Assembly (NCBI GenBank): GCA_028534125.1
Contig: CM052818.1
Coordinates: 17,858,001-17,922,000, forward strand
Origin: Lama glama
Taxonomy: Eukaryota
Direction of reading: 5' to 3'
Length of the DNA: 64,000 nucleotides
Below are positions 37,150 to 49,573 of the stretch, piece after piece (position 1 is the stretch's first letter; each line of letters opens with the position of its first letter). The position numbers were made by a program, and so were the translations under genes. The notes beneath the pieces are model-generated. The model ran no database searches and was not told the DNA's origin. It saw only the letters and a program-made list of their open reading frames with translations.

Positions 37150-37984
37150 CACAGCTTTCAGTAAAAACATAGCTACCTAAAGTATACTTGCATTAGCCTG
37201 GCCGACTGTTCTCAATAAAAATTCTTTCCTTTCTGATTAATTGTCTGCCAACTTTGTAACAGCCCTGCGCTAAGTGCTAGAGGAGGCTGCAAAAGAGAAA
37301 GGTGAAAGGTGAGGTTACTGCCACAGGATTTGCACTGAGTGGAAACAAAAAGCAGAATCCATGGAACATTAGCGAACCATAATTTTTTTTTTTAAAGAAA
37401 TGCAAGCTGAGTATAAGTGCACTGGGGGTTCAGAGAATGGAGTGAGTAGAAATGGGGTTGAACTGAGGTTGAAGAATTTAAGTAAGGGGAGTGGGGAATT
37501 CAGGCTTTGTTTTAGTTTGACTTGTTTGTAATTTGGGAAACACCTTTAGTAAAGATCGGGAAGAGGAAACAAGCCTGCTGACAGCCGATAAGAGGTTCTG
37601 ACAGCTTCCTGATATTGAGAAACCTCATCCTTAAATCCATCTTTCCACCTCTGGATGGATGACAAGGTCTCAACCTACACCTTTGCAAAACTCGGCCACT
37701 GAACTCCCGCCAGCAGCCAGTCTGAAACCTTTCAGTTTTGAATGTGAGTCCAAACAACCATGACCATCTACCACTGCTCTCCAGAATGCTCGCCACACCC
37801 CTGTCCTCACTCATACACATTATGGAAGGGAATAAGATTGTTTTTATATAATACAGTGGCCTCCTGTTTTCCCAGATAATATAAATGTGTGTTATAAATA
37901 TAAGCTTTAGTATACACATCTCCTATAAAAATCCCTGGTGCACCCAAACTATGGTAGAGACCTGTGATATTTGTCTATAGCTAC

Positions 37985-38335
37985 GTCTACTTTTCTTCTT
38001 CCAGACAAATGGGAAGATAATAAAGATTATCACCCATCACCCCCTTCTTGAAATTGGACAGCACTATTCTGGCCAGTGGATTAGGTAAAAGCAGTATGAG
38101 TGACATGTGTCACTTTCAGATCAGAGCATTTAATTCTGACGTAAGACCCTCAAATATTCTTCACCATGACCTCCCAACTGTCAACATCCATCTGAACTCC
38201 CAGCATGAGGAGGACATGGAGCTGCACTCCCTTATGTAGATGTGACTGAAAGATACTGTGAATGAGAAATTAAGCTATGTTGCTTAAACCACGAAAATGT
38301 TGATTTACGTTTCAGCATAACCTGGCCAATTGTGA
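37985..38335 (+). mobile_element. Old ERVL-MaLR LTR (MLT1I/J-like)
   Basis: 'tggccagtggat...gtgacatgtgtcacttttcagatcagagcatttaatt...gaatgagaaattaagctatgttgcttaaaccac...cagcataacct'. Confidence 0.7.
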
Positions 38336-40329
38336 ACACCTTAACTTGAATTCTGGGGGGAAAGAGGTAGAATAAATTCAGTCTTCTTCAACCCGGTATC
38401 TGATTTTCACCAGCCCCTCTTTATTTTCCTTAAGGTCCTAGACGTCTATGTTCATTTTACTCATGATGGGTGTGCCTTGTTTCTGGGCCCCTTTCCAGCT
38501 TGGTAGGCATTTTTCTAAAATATTTCTTGTGGCTAAGAGAATTATTTTGTCAAAGAATTTGGACCAAGCCCCAGGAAGCTGGGTGGTTAAGCAAAGGATC
38601 TCTGGATGGACCATCAACTGCTCACTGTTCCATGTTTCTGTATCAAAGGGTCTGATCTCTTGCTCTACCTTCTTTTAGAAAGTATGAGGTACCCTCCAGC
38701 CCCCTCTCTTCCCCCTAAATAAAACCTTGCTTTGTTAGAATACCCCTAGGAGGAAGTTAGATAAGACATAAATCCATCTTTTCTAAATAGGCCAGTGGAG
38801 AATGGAAAACTTTAAGCTTGTCATGTTTTTTCTTCCTGCTTCTTCAAGGTATATACTTCCTTTCCCTCTCCTTTCAAGTTCTAGCTGCTCTGCTAGTTGG
38901 AGACCATCTTCATTATTAGCGTACACTTTGTTGCCATAGCGACTTGTTCCTACTCTCACATTTTATTGCACTTACAGTTGCTACAGGCAAAAGAGAAGGG
39001 GGCGGGGGAGCATGATTTCATTTCAAGTAGCCAGACTTCCTCCAGATCTGAGAAACTTATGACTCCCCCTAAAAGGGAGCAGACTCCTAGCCAGGAATAG
39101 CATAGGTGGCGCATGGCACGGACAGACAGAGTGTGGCTCCGCAGTGTGGGTCGGGCCCGGGGCACGGTGCCTTCCCGGCCCAGGGAGGATTACGCCACTC
39201 TTGCATTCACGCTTTCCGTTTAGGCTTCAGCATATATATGACAACAAAAAAGTTAAGTAGGCCTTCTTTCACCAATAAACATCAAAGAAGCAGCAGAAGT
39301 TGGAAGGCTCTACCAAAGTGCTAAGGTACCCAAGTACAGGGTCTCAAGGTAACCATGAACCTCAACACTAATAATGACGGTAATAATATCTTACATGTGC
39401 AGAGTCCCTTTGATCTTTTAATGTCTTTTACATGTATTGCCTAATCTTTCACTTTTGTTAACTTTGTACCCCCTTAGCGAAGACTTCTCCCTGAGCTGTA
39501 TTTCATCCTGATGTCTTCATTCATCCATTTTGTCACTTTTTCAACACATACTTTTGTTATCTCCTACTGAGTCACTATTTGTAGTGAACAGAGAGCATCT
39601 TAAACTGTCTACTCCTGCTACTATTTTCCTTCGTGTGCATCAGTCTTATCCCAGCAGACAGGACTTGCTATTTGAGATCAGGTTCTTAGACAGCATTTGT
39701 GGCTCTCATGGGCACCACTCCACTGTGAGGCACTCTGTAAACTTTGCAGGCTGAGTGAGAATCAGAGTTCCATCCAGTACTGTGACTATGGTTTGACACT
39801 CAGAACTTCAAAAATCACCTGTTTTTCACAGGCCAGTGACTTTTGCTCTTAGTATATTAAAAAGTACAATTAAGCTTTCCTTTCTCTGCATGATATTAAA
39901 TATAATCAAACTTTATAAATACTTCTTAAATATTTTTGCAGGAGGAAAAATCTGCTACTTTCAACTGTAATTTTTAAGTGTTCAATATGTATAGACAAGC
40001 TGCTGTATTTTATATAAATGAATGTATTCATAGAACAAACTTTAAATTTCAGCAAACAACACAGATTGTAGGAGTTTAAATTCCTGTTCATATTCCAGCA
40101 GCAATGAGTAATGTGTCCATTTTAGGAATAGTAGCAAATGATTGAGGAGGAGTGTATTTCTCCCCTTGCTGGAGATTGCTATTTTGTGGAGAAGCATTTG
40201 TGGTCTGGTGACTCAAGACAGAGGTAGGTAGCTCCCCATTCCATATTCTAAATTCTGCTTCCATTGCTCCATCTGTCCCCAACTCAGGCTGAGATCTTGT
40301 CTAGGTAACACTACCCTCTACTGGGTGGA

Positions 40330-40495
40330 ACCAGAACTCCTCCACAATCCTTCAAGCCAGCTCAGTGTGTTGTAAAATTCAAATTCTAGAAACAACACAA
40401 AGGATTGTTCTACAGATGAGGAAACTCACATCCAGAAAGCACAATGGGCAACTCGACAGTTTACACCAGAGACCAAAGAACTCTGCTTTCCCAAC
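40330..40495 (-). mobile_element. MIR remnant
   Basis: 'attgttctacagatgaggaaactcacatccagaaag'. Confidence 0.5.
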
Positions 40496-41723
40496 AAAAG
40501 TATGTGTTGAAAAAGTGACAGTTCAGGGAGAAGTCTTCGCAAAGGGGGTACTCTTAGATGGCTAGCTGTCCCCGAAAGTACAGTGGAGGATGGAGGCTCT
40601 GAACACAACACAACAAAATCAATAAATGTATTACTTGCTATAGGAAGGTTTATTAAGCAACCAAATGCCTATTGCTGCATGAACTACCTGTGCTATTTAA
40701 ATCTAGGTCAGGTGAATTATTCAAGATTTATCATAGACCTTTGCATTATTTGTGAAACCACTCAAATGCACTGCAGTTTTTCTTTCTTTTTGAAGTATTT
40801 CACCATTTGCTGCTTCAGCAAGATTTTGTCTTCTCGTGGAACTCTGTCCTTAATGGGCACATTTTGAGAGCAGAGTTTTTCCAATCAGAGGACCTTAATT
40901 AGTATCCTTACTCCTTCTGCTACCTTTTCTTGAGGCATTGTGTGTTTAGCTGTACCTGCATAAAACTGACCCCATGAATAGACAGAGGAGGCAGCCATCC
41001 ACCTGGGAAAAAGGGGATTTGAAGGTCCAAAGAATCACGTGACTTACGTGAGGTATAAATTACAGTGACACCTCACCTCTTAATAATTCAAATGTGTATC
41101 AATCTTACCCGTTCAGCACACAATTAAGAACCTAGAAACAAGCAATATAAAGACAGTGGAACCTGGATCTTAATCCCATAAGAGTGGCCCTCATGCCCTC
41201 ACTTAATGTCTACATTCTCTTATTTCAGAGAAATCCTTTAAAAGAGGTCCAAAAAGTATGAAGACAGCAAATAATGAGCTAGGGGCAGGAGTGGCAGTGG
41301 AATGAGCTGTTACAGGCAAGTATACACATAATAGTACAAAATAATAGCTGGGGGCATGACAGCAAACAGGAGACAAAAGGAACTGACTCAAATAAAGCAC
41401 TGTCATTTCAAGATCACTAACAGCCCTTTGCAAAGGGGATAAAACACACACACATCTCAGGAGAGGCTACTAGTTGATTTTATGGTAATGACCTAGAATG
41501 TTTAAAAAAAGATTACTCTAAATTGGATTAAGTAGGACGCTAAAGAACAGCTCCACAGTCTCCCTTTATTTGAATTTCTATTCAAAAAACAGAATTAAGA
41601 GGAACTGCCTCAATTTATCATCAGCTATTTAGAAAACTACCCAGAGGTCATAAAATTAAGAGAACTTGACAAGTGTCCTTTTACAGGCTCTTGGAATTCC
41701 CATATTAAAGGGCAAAATTGCTT

Positions 41724-42075
41724 TATTCAAGTCACTCAACAAAACCATATATCAAGTGCCTGGTCTACTGCATGCCAGGCAATGTTCTAATCACTAAAGA
41801 TGGTACAGGTATCCAAATAGACACAAATCCTGGCCCTCACTGAGGACAGTGGAGGAAGGCACACAATAAACATAGTATATAGATATATACAGAATGTGAC
41901 ACGGTAAACAACGATTTGGGGAAACATAACAGAAAACAGGGACATGAAGCACCAGCGAAGCTGTGGAGAAGTGGAGATTTTAAATAAGCTAATGAGGAGG
42001 GGTTTCCTGAAATGTAGTTTGGGGAGTAAGAACCAAAAGCAAGCAAGCCATGCAGATGTCCGGGAAGACTGGTTA
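41724..42075 (-). mobile_element. L2 3' end
   Basis: 'ttattcaagtcactcaacaaaaccatatatcaagtgcct...tgccaggcaatgttcta...agacacaaatcctggccctcactgag'. Confidence 0.85.
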
Positions 42076-42109
42076 CCGTACACCTGTACGTTGCATTTTC
42101 TGCAGTGTC

Positions 42110-43082
42110 CCCCAAATACCAATTTTGCACTCCATGCTCTGACCACTGTCTCCATTGTTTCCTGCTTTCCTTCTGCTCCCTGACTCCAGCAGTCCTTGGA
42201 TCTGACACTGACCGTACCTCCTTTTCCCTGTCTCTCAGCCTCCTCAGGCCTGACCTCCCTTTCATTTCCATGGTCCACCATTAGCACCACTCCCTAATAA
42301 TTACCCTACATTCTCTTGCCCTGCTGTACTCATTTAGGAAAACCTCAGCCCTGAGGAAATCCTAACTGTCCTCTCTTCCAAGCCGACAGCCTATGTCCTT
42401 AAGTCAAAGACTGCTCATCTCGACTGGGCTCCTAACGCAGCCCCGGAGCACAGCGCAGTACTCCAGTCCACTTCCTCTTCCAGCCCCAGCTGCAGATTCC
42501 ACGCCTTTCCCTCTCTCTTTTGAACTCTAACTCACTCTCAGTTTTATGACCTTGCTTCCTATTTCAGGAAATAAAAATAATCTCTTAGAAGAAGACATTC
42601 ACGAGTGCTCACCACCACAGGCACCCGGCTACTGGTGCCAGAGCTGCCTCCTGCCCTCTCACAAGAGATGAAACACCTGTGCTGCTAAGGCCACCTCCCT
42701 GGGCCCCCATTTAATCCCCTTCTGTCCAGAGACACTTTGGCAACCTCATCCTGCATCATCATTTTCCCTCTCTGCTGAACCCTTCCCACTGGCTTACAGA
42801 CAAGCCTGCTCTGGGGTCTGTGTCTCTTTCCAGCTACCGACTCATTTGTTTGCTACTTTACGGCAGAACTCCTCGGAAGACTTGCCTATGTAGTGTATCT
42901 GATTCTTCTACCCATTCTTTGTTTGAAATGACACCCATCAGGCTTTCCATCTTCCTAGCCCACCAAAACTACTTTCTCAAGCTCACCAACAACCTCTACT
43001 CTGCTAAATCCAGTGATGCGTTTTCAGTCTTCATCCAGATTGACCTGTCTGTACTGTTTGACTTAGTTTTCATCATCGATTA
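42110..43082 (+). mobile_element. L2 ORF2 remnant reaching the RT region
   Basis: 42965-43080 reads LKLTNNLYSAKSSDAFSVFIQIDLSVLFDLV, matching the L2 RT motif (KVTNDL...SVLILLDLSAAFDTV). Upstream sequence is C/T-rich sense L2. Confidence 0.8.
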
Positions 43083-43673
43083 AGGCTCTTTTAATTGCCT
43101 CTCACCTAGTAGGTCCTAAAGGGATTTTGATGGAAATACACTGGCATCTGGGACTCTGAATCTGGGGGGGAATTATAATAAAAATCAGATTTGTAGAGCA
43201 CTTTATATTATCAAAATATTCTATATATCACCCAATTTAGTATTTATAATGCAGGAAAAGGCATTTTTCAGATAAGAAATATTAAGAAGGAAGAAGTGAC
43301 AAAAACAGGAATACATTTTTGTAGCTTCTCAGAGGCAGAGGCACGCCTGCGTTGGACAGTGGGTTCTGGGTGCTGGGCGCTGAGGAGAGGCGGGCGGGCG
43401 CAGCAGGCTGAAGAGGGAACACTGCCACAGAAAGGCGAGCACAGCAGAGCACATAAGTCAGGATGCAAGAGGCTAATTCTGTCCTATCTGTCATTTTATG
43501 CCCAGACTATTTTAAAGTAGAAGATACACTATTAGAAAAGTTTCAAGTATCAGGGACAAATACTTGAAGTTGGTTTTAAAAATAAAAAGCCATGGGTTCT
43601 ACCCTCGTTCCTAATGAGAAAGCACCAAATATATTCCAACAAGTTTCAATTTCGCTATCTCCTTGCAAAAATC

Positions 43674-43677
<4 letters not shown>

Positions 43678-43712
<35 letters not shown>
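43678..43712. repeat. (AAT)n microsatellite
   Basis: 11 perfect AAT units. Confidence 0.97.
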
Positions 43713-43719
43713 GACTGTT

Positions 43720-44037
43720 TGTTATGGCCTGAATGTTGGTGTTGCCTCCACATTCACATGTTGAAACCCTAGCCGCTCCCCATATGACTGTTTTAGAAGG
43801 TGGCCCTGTGGGGGTGACAAAGTCATCAGGGCAGAGACCTCATGTACGGGCCTAGTGCCCCTAATTAGTGAGCGCTTTGTCGCTCTCTCTATTACATGAG
43901 GATGCAAAGAGAAAACGGCTCTCTGCAACCCAGGACAGGGCTCTCACAAGAACCCAACCGTGACGACACCCTTACCTTGAACTTCAAGCCTTCAGAACTG
44001 TGAGAAATAAATTTCTGTTCTGTAGAAACCACCCAGG
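43720..44037 (+). mobile_element. ERVL-MaLR LTR (MLT1A/B-like)
   Basis: Starts 'tgttatggcctgaatgttggtg...attcacatgttgaaacccta'; 3' 'ccttcagaactgtgagaaataaatttctgtt...ccacccag'. Confidence 0.9.
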
Positions 44038-44069
44038 CCATGAAGACAAGGACATTATAATTTAGTCCC

Positions 44070-44310
44070 TGTCTTAGTCCATTCAGACTATGATAACAAA
44101 AATACTACTGAATGAAGGCAATGCCTTACACAACAGAAGGGACGGGAACTCTCTGGGGTCTCTATTTATAGAGACACTAATCCCATTTATGTGGGGTCTA
44201 CCCTCATGGCCTTACTGCCTCAAAAAGGCCCTACTTCCTAATTCCATCATATTGGGGATTAGGTTTCAAAATACGAATTTTGGGAGAACACCAACATTCA
44301 GTCTATAGCA
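44070..44310 (-). mobile_element. ERVL-MaLR LTR (MLT1A-like), internally deleted
   Basis: 'tgtcttagtccattcagact...' to '...ggattaggtttcaaaatacgaattttggg...acattcagtctatagca'. Flanks gtccc / gtgcc resemble a 5-bp TSD. Confidence 0.88.
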
Positions 44311-45234
44311 GTGCCCAGTATTTTTCACCCCAAATCTCTAATACTGCAAGAGAACCTGAAACTCTCTAGAGTTCTCAAAAATTGACCTGAGAATGCTGCC
44401 ATCACCAGCCTTCTAGAGCTGGTCTCAGGACACAAGCAAACTAGGCAATACATGAGACTTTAAAAAAGTTGCGTATCAACCACCTTCAGCCCATCTTTCT
44501 GTCTGTCTCACACACACGTACACATACACATACACATTCATACAGAGGCAACCCACTGTCCTGTATGGAAATGTTGCAGTTCAAGCTGGTAAAACATTCC
44601 ACTTCTACACAGATTAAACCTCTGTCTTTCTATGCTCTGAAGCTGATAAAGGACAACACTTAGATGAACTAAATAATAAAGAGATCCCACTACTGTCATT
44701 TACTTCCACACATATAAGGATAAAAAAGGCCATCCTCGCATGAAATTGTAATGCTGATTACCTTTCTCTGCTCACTTTGAATCCAGTCACTTAGTGCAAT
44801 CCATCAGCATTCACACACACGGAAGGCTGCAGTTTCATAAATGGCGACAACACAATTCAGTGCCTTGGCACTGCATTTGCTGTCAGTTACGGCAGTCATA
44901 ACCTCAGGTGTCAGAGGAGGAATGGTGCATTAGCCTAAACACTGCTCGAGGGATCGGGCTGCTTGTGCAAAGGTTCTTTTTTAATTTAATTGTTCACTTT
45001 TCCTTTGTGCATTGTACCTCAGTAAGCCTAGAAAGAGAACCAGTGATGTGGGTGCTGTACATGCTCTGGCCTCTGCATCTTGCCCACAATCTTAAATCCT
45101 ACTTTATCTATCCCTTATTTGATCTGTGATCTTCACCTATCCTAGGTCTGTTTTTGCTTTGTGTTTAGAGATTTGTTTAAAGAGAGAGATACCACCTATT
45201 ATATGTAGCACTGTGACAGAGAGAAAACTCATGA

Positions 45235-45350
45235 GTGTCTTAAGCAATTCTTTGAGCCTAAGTCTCTTCATCTGTAAAATGATGATACGAACACTCACTT
45301 CAGTGGATTATTATGAGAACTAGTTAGAATAATATGAGCCATTGAACACT
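45235..45350 (+). mobile_element. MIR remnant
   Basis: 'tttgagcctaagtctcttcatctgtaaaatgatgata...cacttcagtggattattatgagaact'. Confidence 0.75.
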
Positions 45351-45529
45351 GTTCTCTCTCCCTCTGTGGGTTACCCCAGAAGTATCCACGTAAGAATCAA
45401 TAGTGTGTTTTAGATCCTAATGAATCTTTCCTTATGTTACCCCACCTTTTTTAAAACAGAGATCATTATAATGGAAAAGGAAGTAATAAAAGACGACAAA
45501 TCACTTACAACCCCACCACTCATAATATG

Positions 45530-45655
45530 TACTTATTCACTCACTCAGCAAGTATCTATTAAGCAGCTATTATGCCCCACGCATGGTTCTAGATTTGGGG
45601 ACTACAGCACTAAATGAAAGACAAAAATTCATGCCCTCAAAGAACTTACATGTGC
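45530..45655 (-). mobile_element. L2 3' end
   Basis: 'ttattcactcactcagcaagtatctattaagcagctattatgcc...tggggactacagc...atgccctcaaagaacttaca'. Confidence 0.8.
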
Positions 45656-48624
45656 ACAGCTTTCAATTTTTTTTCTCCTTCCCATTTCTCCTCTGGATAC
45701 ACACCTGATTTGTGTTGCAATAATGTAGCCATACTTTTTATTTCTGCTTCTTTCATTTATTATTAATTTTTAAGTTTCTATGTTACCAATCTTTGTAATT
45801 TTAATATCAAAATATTTCTTAGAGTTGCTACACAATAATTTTTTTGCCCAGGCCCCCAGTGTTTGAAATTTAGTACCAGCACCCATCCCCAGCTGCAGTA
45901 AGCACCCATGACAGCTACCATTTTCTCCTAATTTCCTTCATATAAATACATCATGATGGGATTACTGTGTCAAAGTATCAGAACTCTATTAGAGCATTTT
46001 GGTAAAAGTAAGAAAAAAGTCCAACTCATCATTCTCTGGTAGACTATCTTGACATAGTTTGAAGACACTATATAATTTAGTAAAGGTGTGAGACATACAT
46101 AGAATGCTGTAGGAATGCAAACTATATTCAGTTAAAAGGAGGAAGAAATAGAGAGATTTTAGCTACACAGCTCTTTAAAAAAAGATGAGATTTCCAAAGT
46201 AAAGGGTGTATGGCCCAGCGCAGCAAAAGATCATCAGAATGGGCAGAGTGGGTTGAGGTTACGTACAGGCCACAAATGTGGAGAGAATAAATTTGAACAT
46301 GATCTAATAGATGGTGGAGAGTCACTGTCTGCTTCAGCAGGGGAATGGCTCAAAAAAGCAGTGCTATATAATCTGTAAAAGCAATACTGTCTTGCTCAAG
46401 GGAAGGCAAGGAACCTGGATACCACATTTCATTTTACTGATCTTTTACATTTGTTACTACAACCAAAAGCTTCCTCTCGCTGTTCTGTAGGGCATGAGAA
46501 ATATAAAAGACCTAAAGCAGGATCAAGTCCAGTGTGCTGGTGGTGAATATCCTAAATGGGACCTGCTGGGTCAGAACAGCTTGCTTGACCCTCCAATGAT
46601 GAACAAGCAGAATCAACAATCCCCAGAAGGTGGCGGGGGGGGGAGCAGCTCTTCTGATGGGGAAGTTTTTCCAGCTCCTGGACTATCCGAATGCAGTCCC
46701 TCCATTCCAGGTAATTAGGCTTCTACTCATTAAATGAGGCAGCAGTAATAATCCATTGACATTTCAGCTCAAAGGCCAGAGAGTGTAGATGAGGAAATTT
46801 TGCTCTCTGTGTATCTTTGTCTTGTCTTCAATCAAAAGTTACTGAAACCGACAAACTGGGTAGCCAGCTGAGGAGTACACTCAGTCCCCTCTGGAACGTG
46901 GCATGTGGTTACATCCCATCAGGCCATTTGTTTCCCATGACTGGTGGGAAAAACCAGACTCAGATTTGACCGAAGATGTTTTCAGGACTGGACGGCCTCA
47001 ATTCATACCTGTTTTTCTCCGACCTAACTGTGGAACAATGCCTGGATTGGTTCCCTCCACCTAGCAGTTGAGTGGTACATGAATGAACCATATCTAAGAG
47101 TTGCTCATTAATACTTGGTAATTGTCCATTTGCTTGGTTTACTGGATCTGAACCTTAGTGATCAGAATTCAGTATGGCAGAAAACTGAGTCCCCTCCCCC
47201 CCGTCACAGCCAGGGGGGCCTGGGAGGAGAGGAGTAAAGCAGAGGAGGAAGGTGTGTACGCTTCACCATTGGGAAACACGCCAGATGGGTCTTTTTTACT
47301 CTTAGTTACTGAAAGGTCTCCTGCCAGTTGTAAGAACATTTTTCAAAGCGATAAACTATGATAAAGAGGTGAGTAAAGATGTTACTGTTTTGTCCAATGT
47401 TCCATTTTCAAAGCCTGGTGTAACTAGCACATAGGACACGTTCATACATATTTGATGAATAAATGAAGGGAAAATGGTTCTTCCTCCAGGGATTTCATAG
47501 TGAAAGTAGGAGACAGAACCCCACAAGAGAACTGTGGAATAGAGGTCTTCTGTAGCCTGTTACTCCATTAGGGGTCAACTCTTAGGAATATTTAGTCTGC
47601 GTGAATCCATCTGCTGTGCCATTTTCCAGAACGGACACCTGAGTGTCCATAGGATACCTTGAGAAACTCTGTGGTTAGTTTCTAAGTCTGTGGCTATCTC
47701 TGTGCAGGTGTTGGGAGAGTAGGATAGATTTGGAAACAAAAAACAAATAGAAGATCAAATACTACTCTCTAGTTTGAGAAATGATACCTATAACTTGTAA
47801 ATAATGAGAGAAAAAGAACACAAATGCAAAAATTCCCCAACTGAAACCTTCTGTTATTAACTGATTGTCCTGAAACACATGGTCAGAGCTTGGGAATAAG
47901 CATCAAACTTACGGGATATAAAGTTAGTTGCAGCCTCAGAAGCTCTCCTTTTTCAAAATGATCTTGCAAGTATAGCTCACTACTAATGATATCCTAGGTA
48001 CCCAAACCAGATGGCATAAGACTTGCTACCTTAAATATGCAGCCCACATGTCCACTGAACTGTGTAAGGGGCTAACTGGGAACATTAGATAACCACCCAG
48101 GCAACATAAACAACCCTGAAGTCATGGAAAACTGTACAAAAATATACAGCTTTCTAAAGATTTTAAATGTTTAAAGCCCCTGAAGACATAAAACATATGC
48201 AAAATAAATATGAGGAATGTTAAACTGGAAATGGATTAACATACTATACTGTAGCCGCAGCAAATGAACCCCTTGGTATCAGAATAACTGAGAGTCAGGG
48301 TAGGATTTATAATCGACGGCAACTAATACACAGAGCTATAAAGGCTGGTCTAGCACAAGGAGTTCAGCACAGCTGTGCAGAAGCCTTCTTGTGGAGGCTT
48401 ATGCATTTTTCTGCTTTATTTTAGGACAGGAGAGTATGTAGATAGGTGAATCAGAGATCTGTATAGTTCTATTTCTATCTGATACCACAGCTTGCATTAG
48501 AACATGAAACATTAAAAAAGGCAGTTTGCAATTTGCATCCTTACTGTTCAACACTTTTTAAAAACTTTTGCAAGACACCACTCCATGTTCATTGCATCTT
48601 CCCTTACCAGTTAGTTACGGCATT

Positions 48625-49340
48625 AATTCATTCATTCAAGAAACATTTGTTGAGTTACTACTAAGAGAAAAATGCTGTGCTAGGCTTTGAATGTGTGAAA
48701 TGACTTGAGAGAGACTCTATGCCTGGTTGAAGCTCACAGTCTTTTGGAAAGTCACTTCAGAGTAGTGATGCAGGAAAATGTTAGTTTGTTTATTAGGTAA
48801 CGGCAAATCCTTAGTGTGGTTGTTGTGGACACAGCATGCAAGAAATGTAGAAAATTAAGCTGGAAAAATAATTGGACATTTTCCTGTTACTAGGAGATCA
48901 ATGGGGAAAAAATTTGAGTTTTGCCCTGGGATGTGTGAAATGAGAAATGATGAGGTTACATTTTTAAATGATGACCTTGAAAGCCACAGAGGATGGGTTG
49001 GAAGAGGAAAGGACTGAAGAGGCAATTAGGGAAGATTCTGAAGTCTTCTACGGATACTCAGAGTTTCAGACTAAGGCTGCGAAAGTGGGAACAGAGAAAA
49101 GGGAACTATTTGAGAGGCATTTTTCAGGCAAAATTGACAACAATCTTAATAATTCACTGTGGAATCAGTAAATGAGATGCGTAAGGATAATGACTAAAGA
49201 TACAAGAGTTGATGAGGTTATAAATAAAACTGTGAAGTGAAGAAAAAAAGGGCAAGGATGAACTTCAAGAAAGCCCAGTGTTTAAGACACCAACAAGAGA
49301 AAAAGGAGCCACTGAAGAATCTAGAAAAAAACTATGAGTG
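48625..49340 (-). mobile_element. L2 3' region
   Basis: 'aattcattcattcaagaaacatttgttgagttactacta...tgtgctaggc...gaagctcacagtct' followed by purine-rich L2 body. Confidence 0.8.
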
Positions 49341-49419
49341 ATTCTGTGCTTCATTACAGGTAAACACAGTGAAAGCAAGTACAAAAAATTAAGTTCAAGA
49401 ATTGCTTATTATTTAAAAC

Positions 49420-49570
49420 TGGAAGAGATCTTCCAAAGCATCTCATCTAATTCTGTAGCTTTCAAATGAGAAAGACAACATGCCCAATGTACTTGCCTAT
49501 TTAGGGGCAGAGCTGAGATGTAAATCCAGTGTTTTGACTTCACAGCCAATTTTCTTTCCATTATATCTAC
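49420..49570 (-). mobile_element. MIR remnant
   Basis: 'tctcatctaattc...ttcaaatgagaaagac...ggcagagctgagatgtaaatccagtgttttgacttc...ttctttcca'. Confidence 0.7.
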
Positions 49571-49573
49571 CTC

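Noticed and set aside
41787..42290. Overlapping 144-167 aa ORFs
   Set aside because: They lie across decayed L2 sequence, show no coherent protein family, and have no gene structure.
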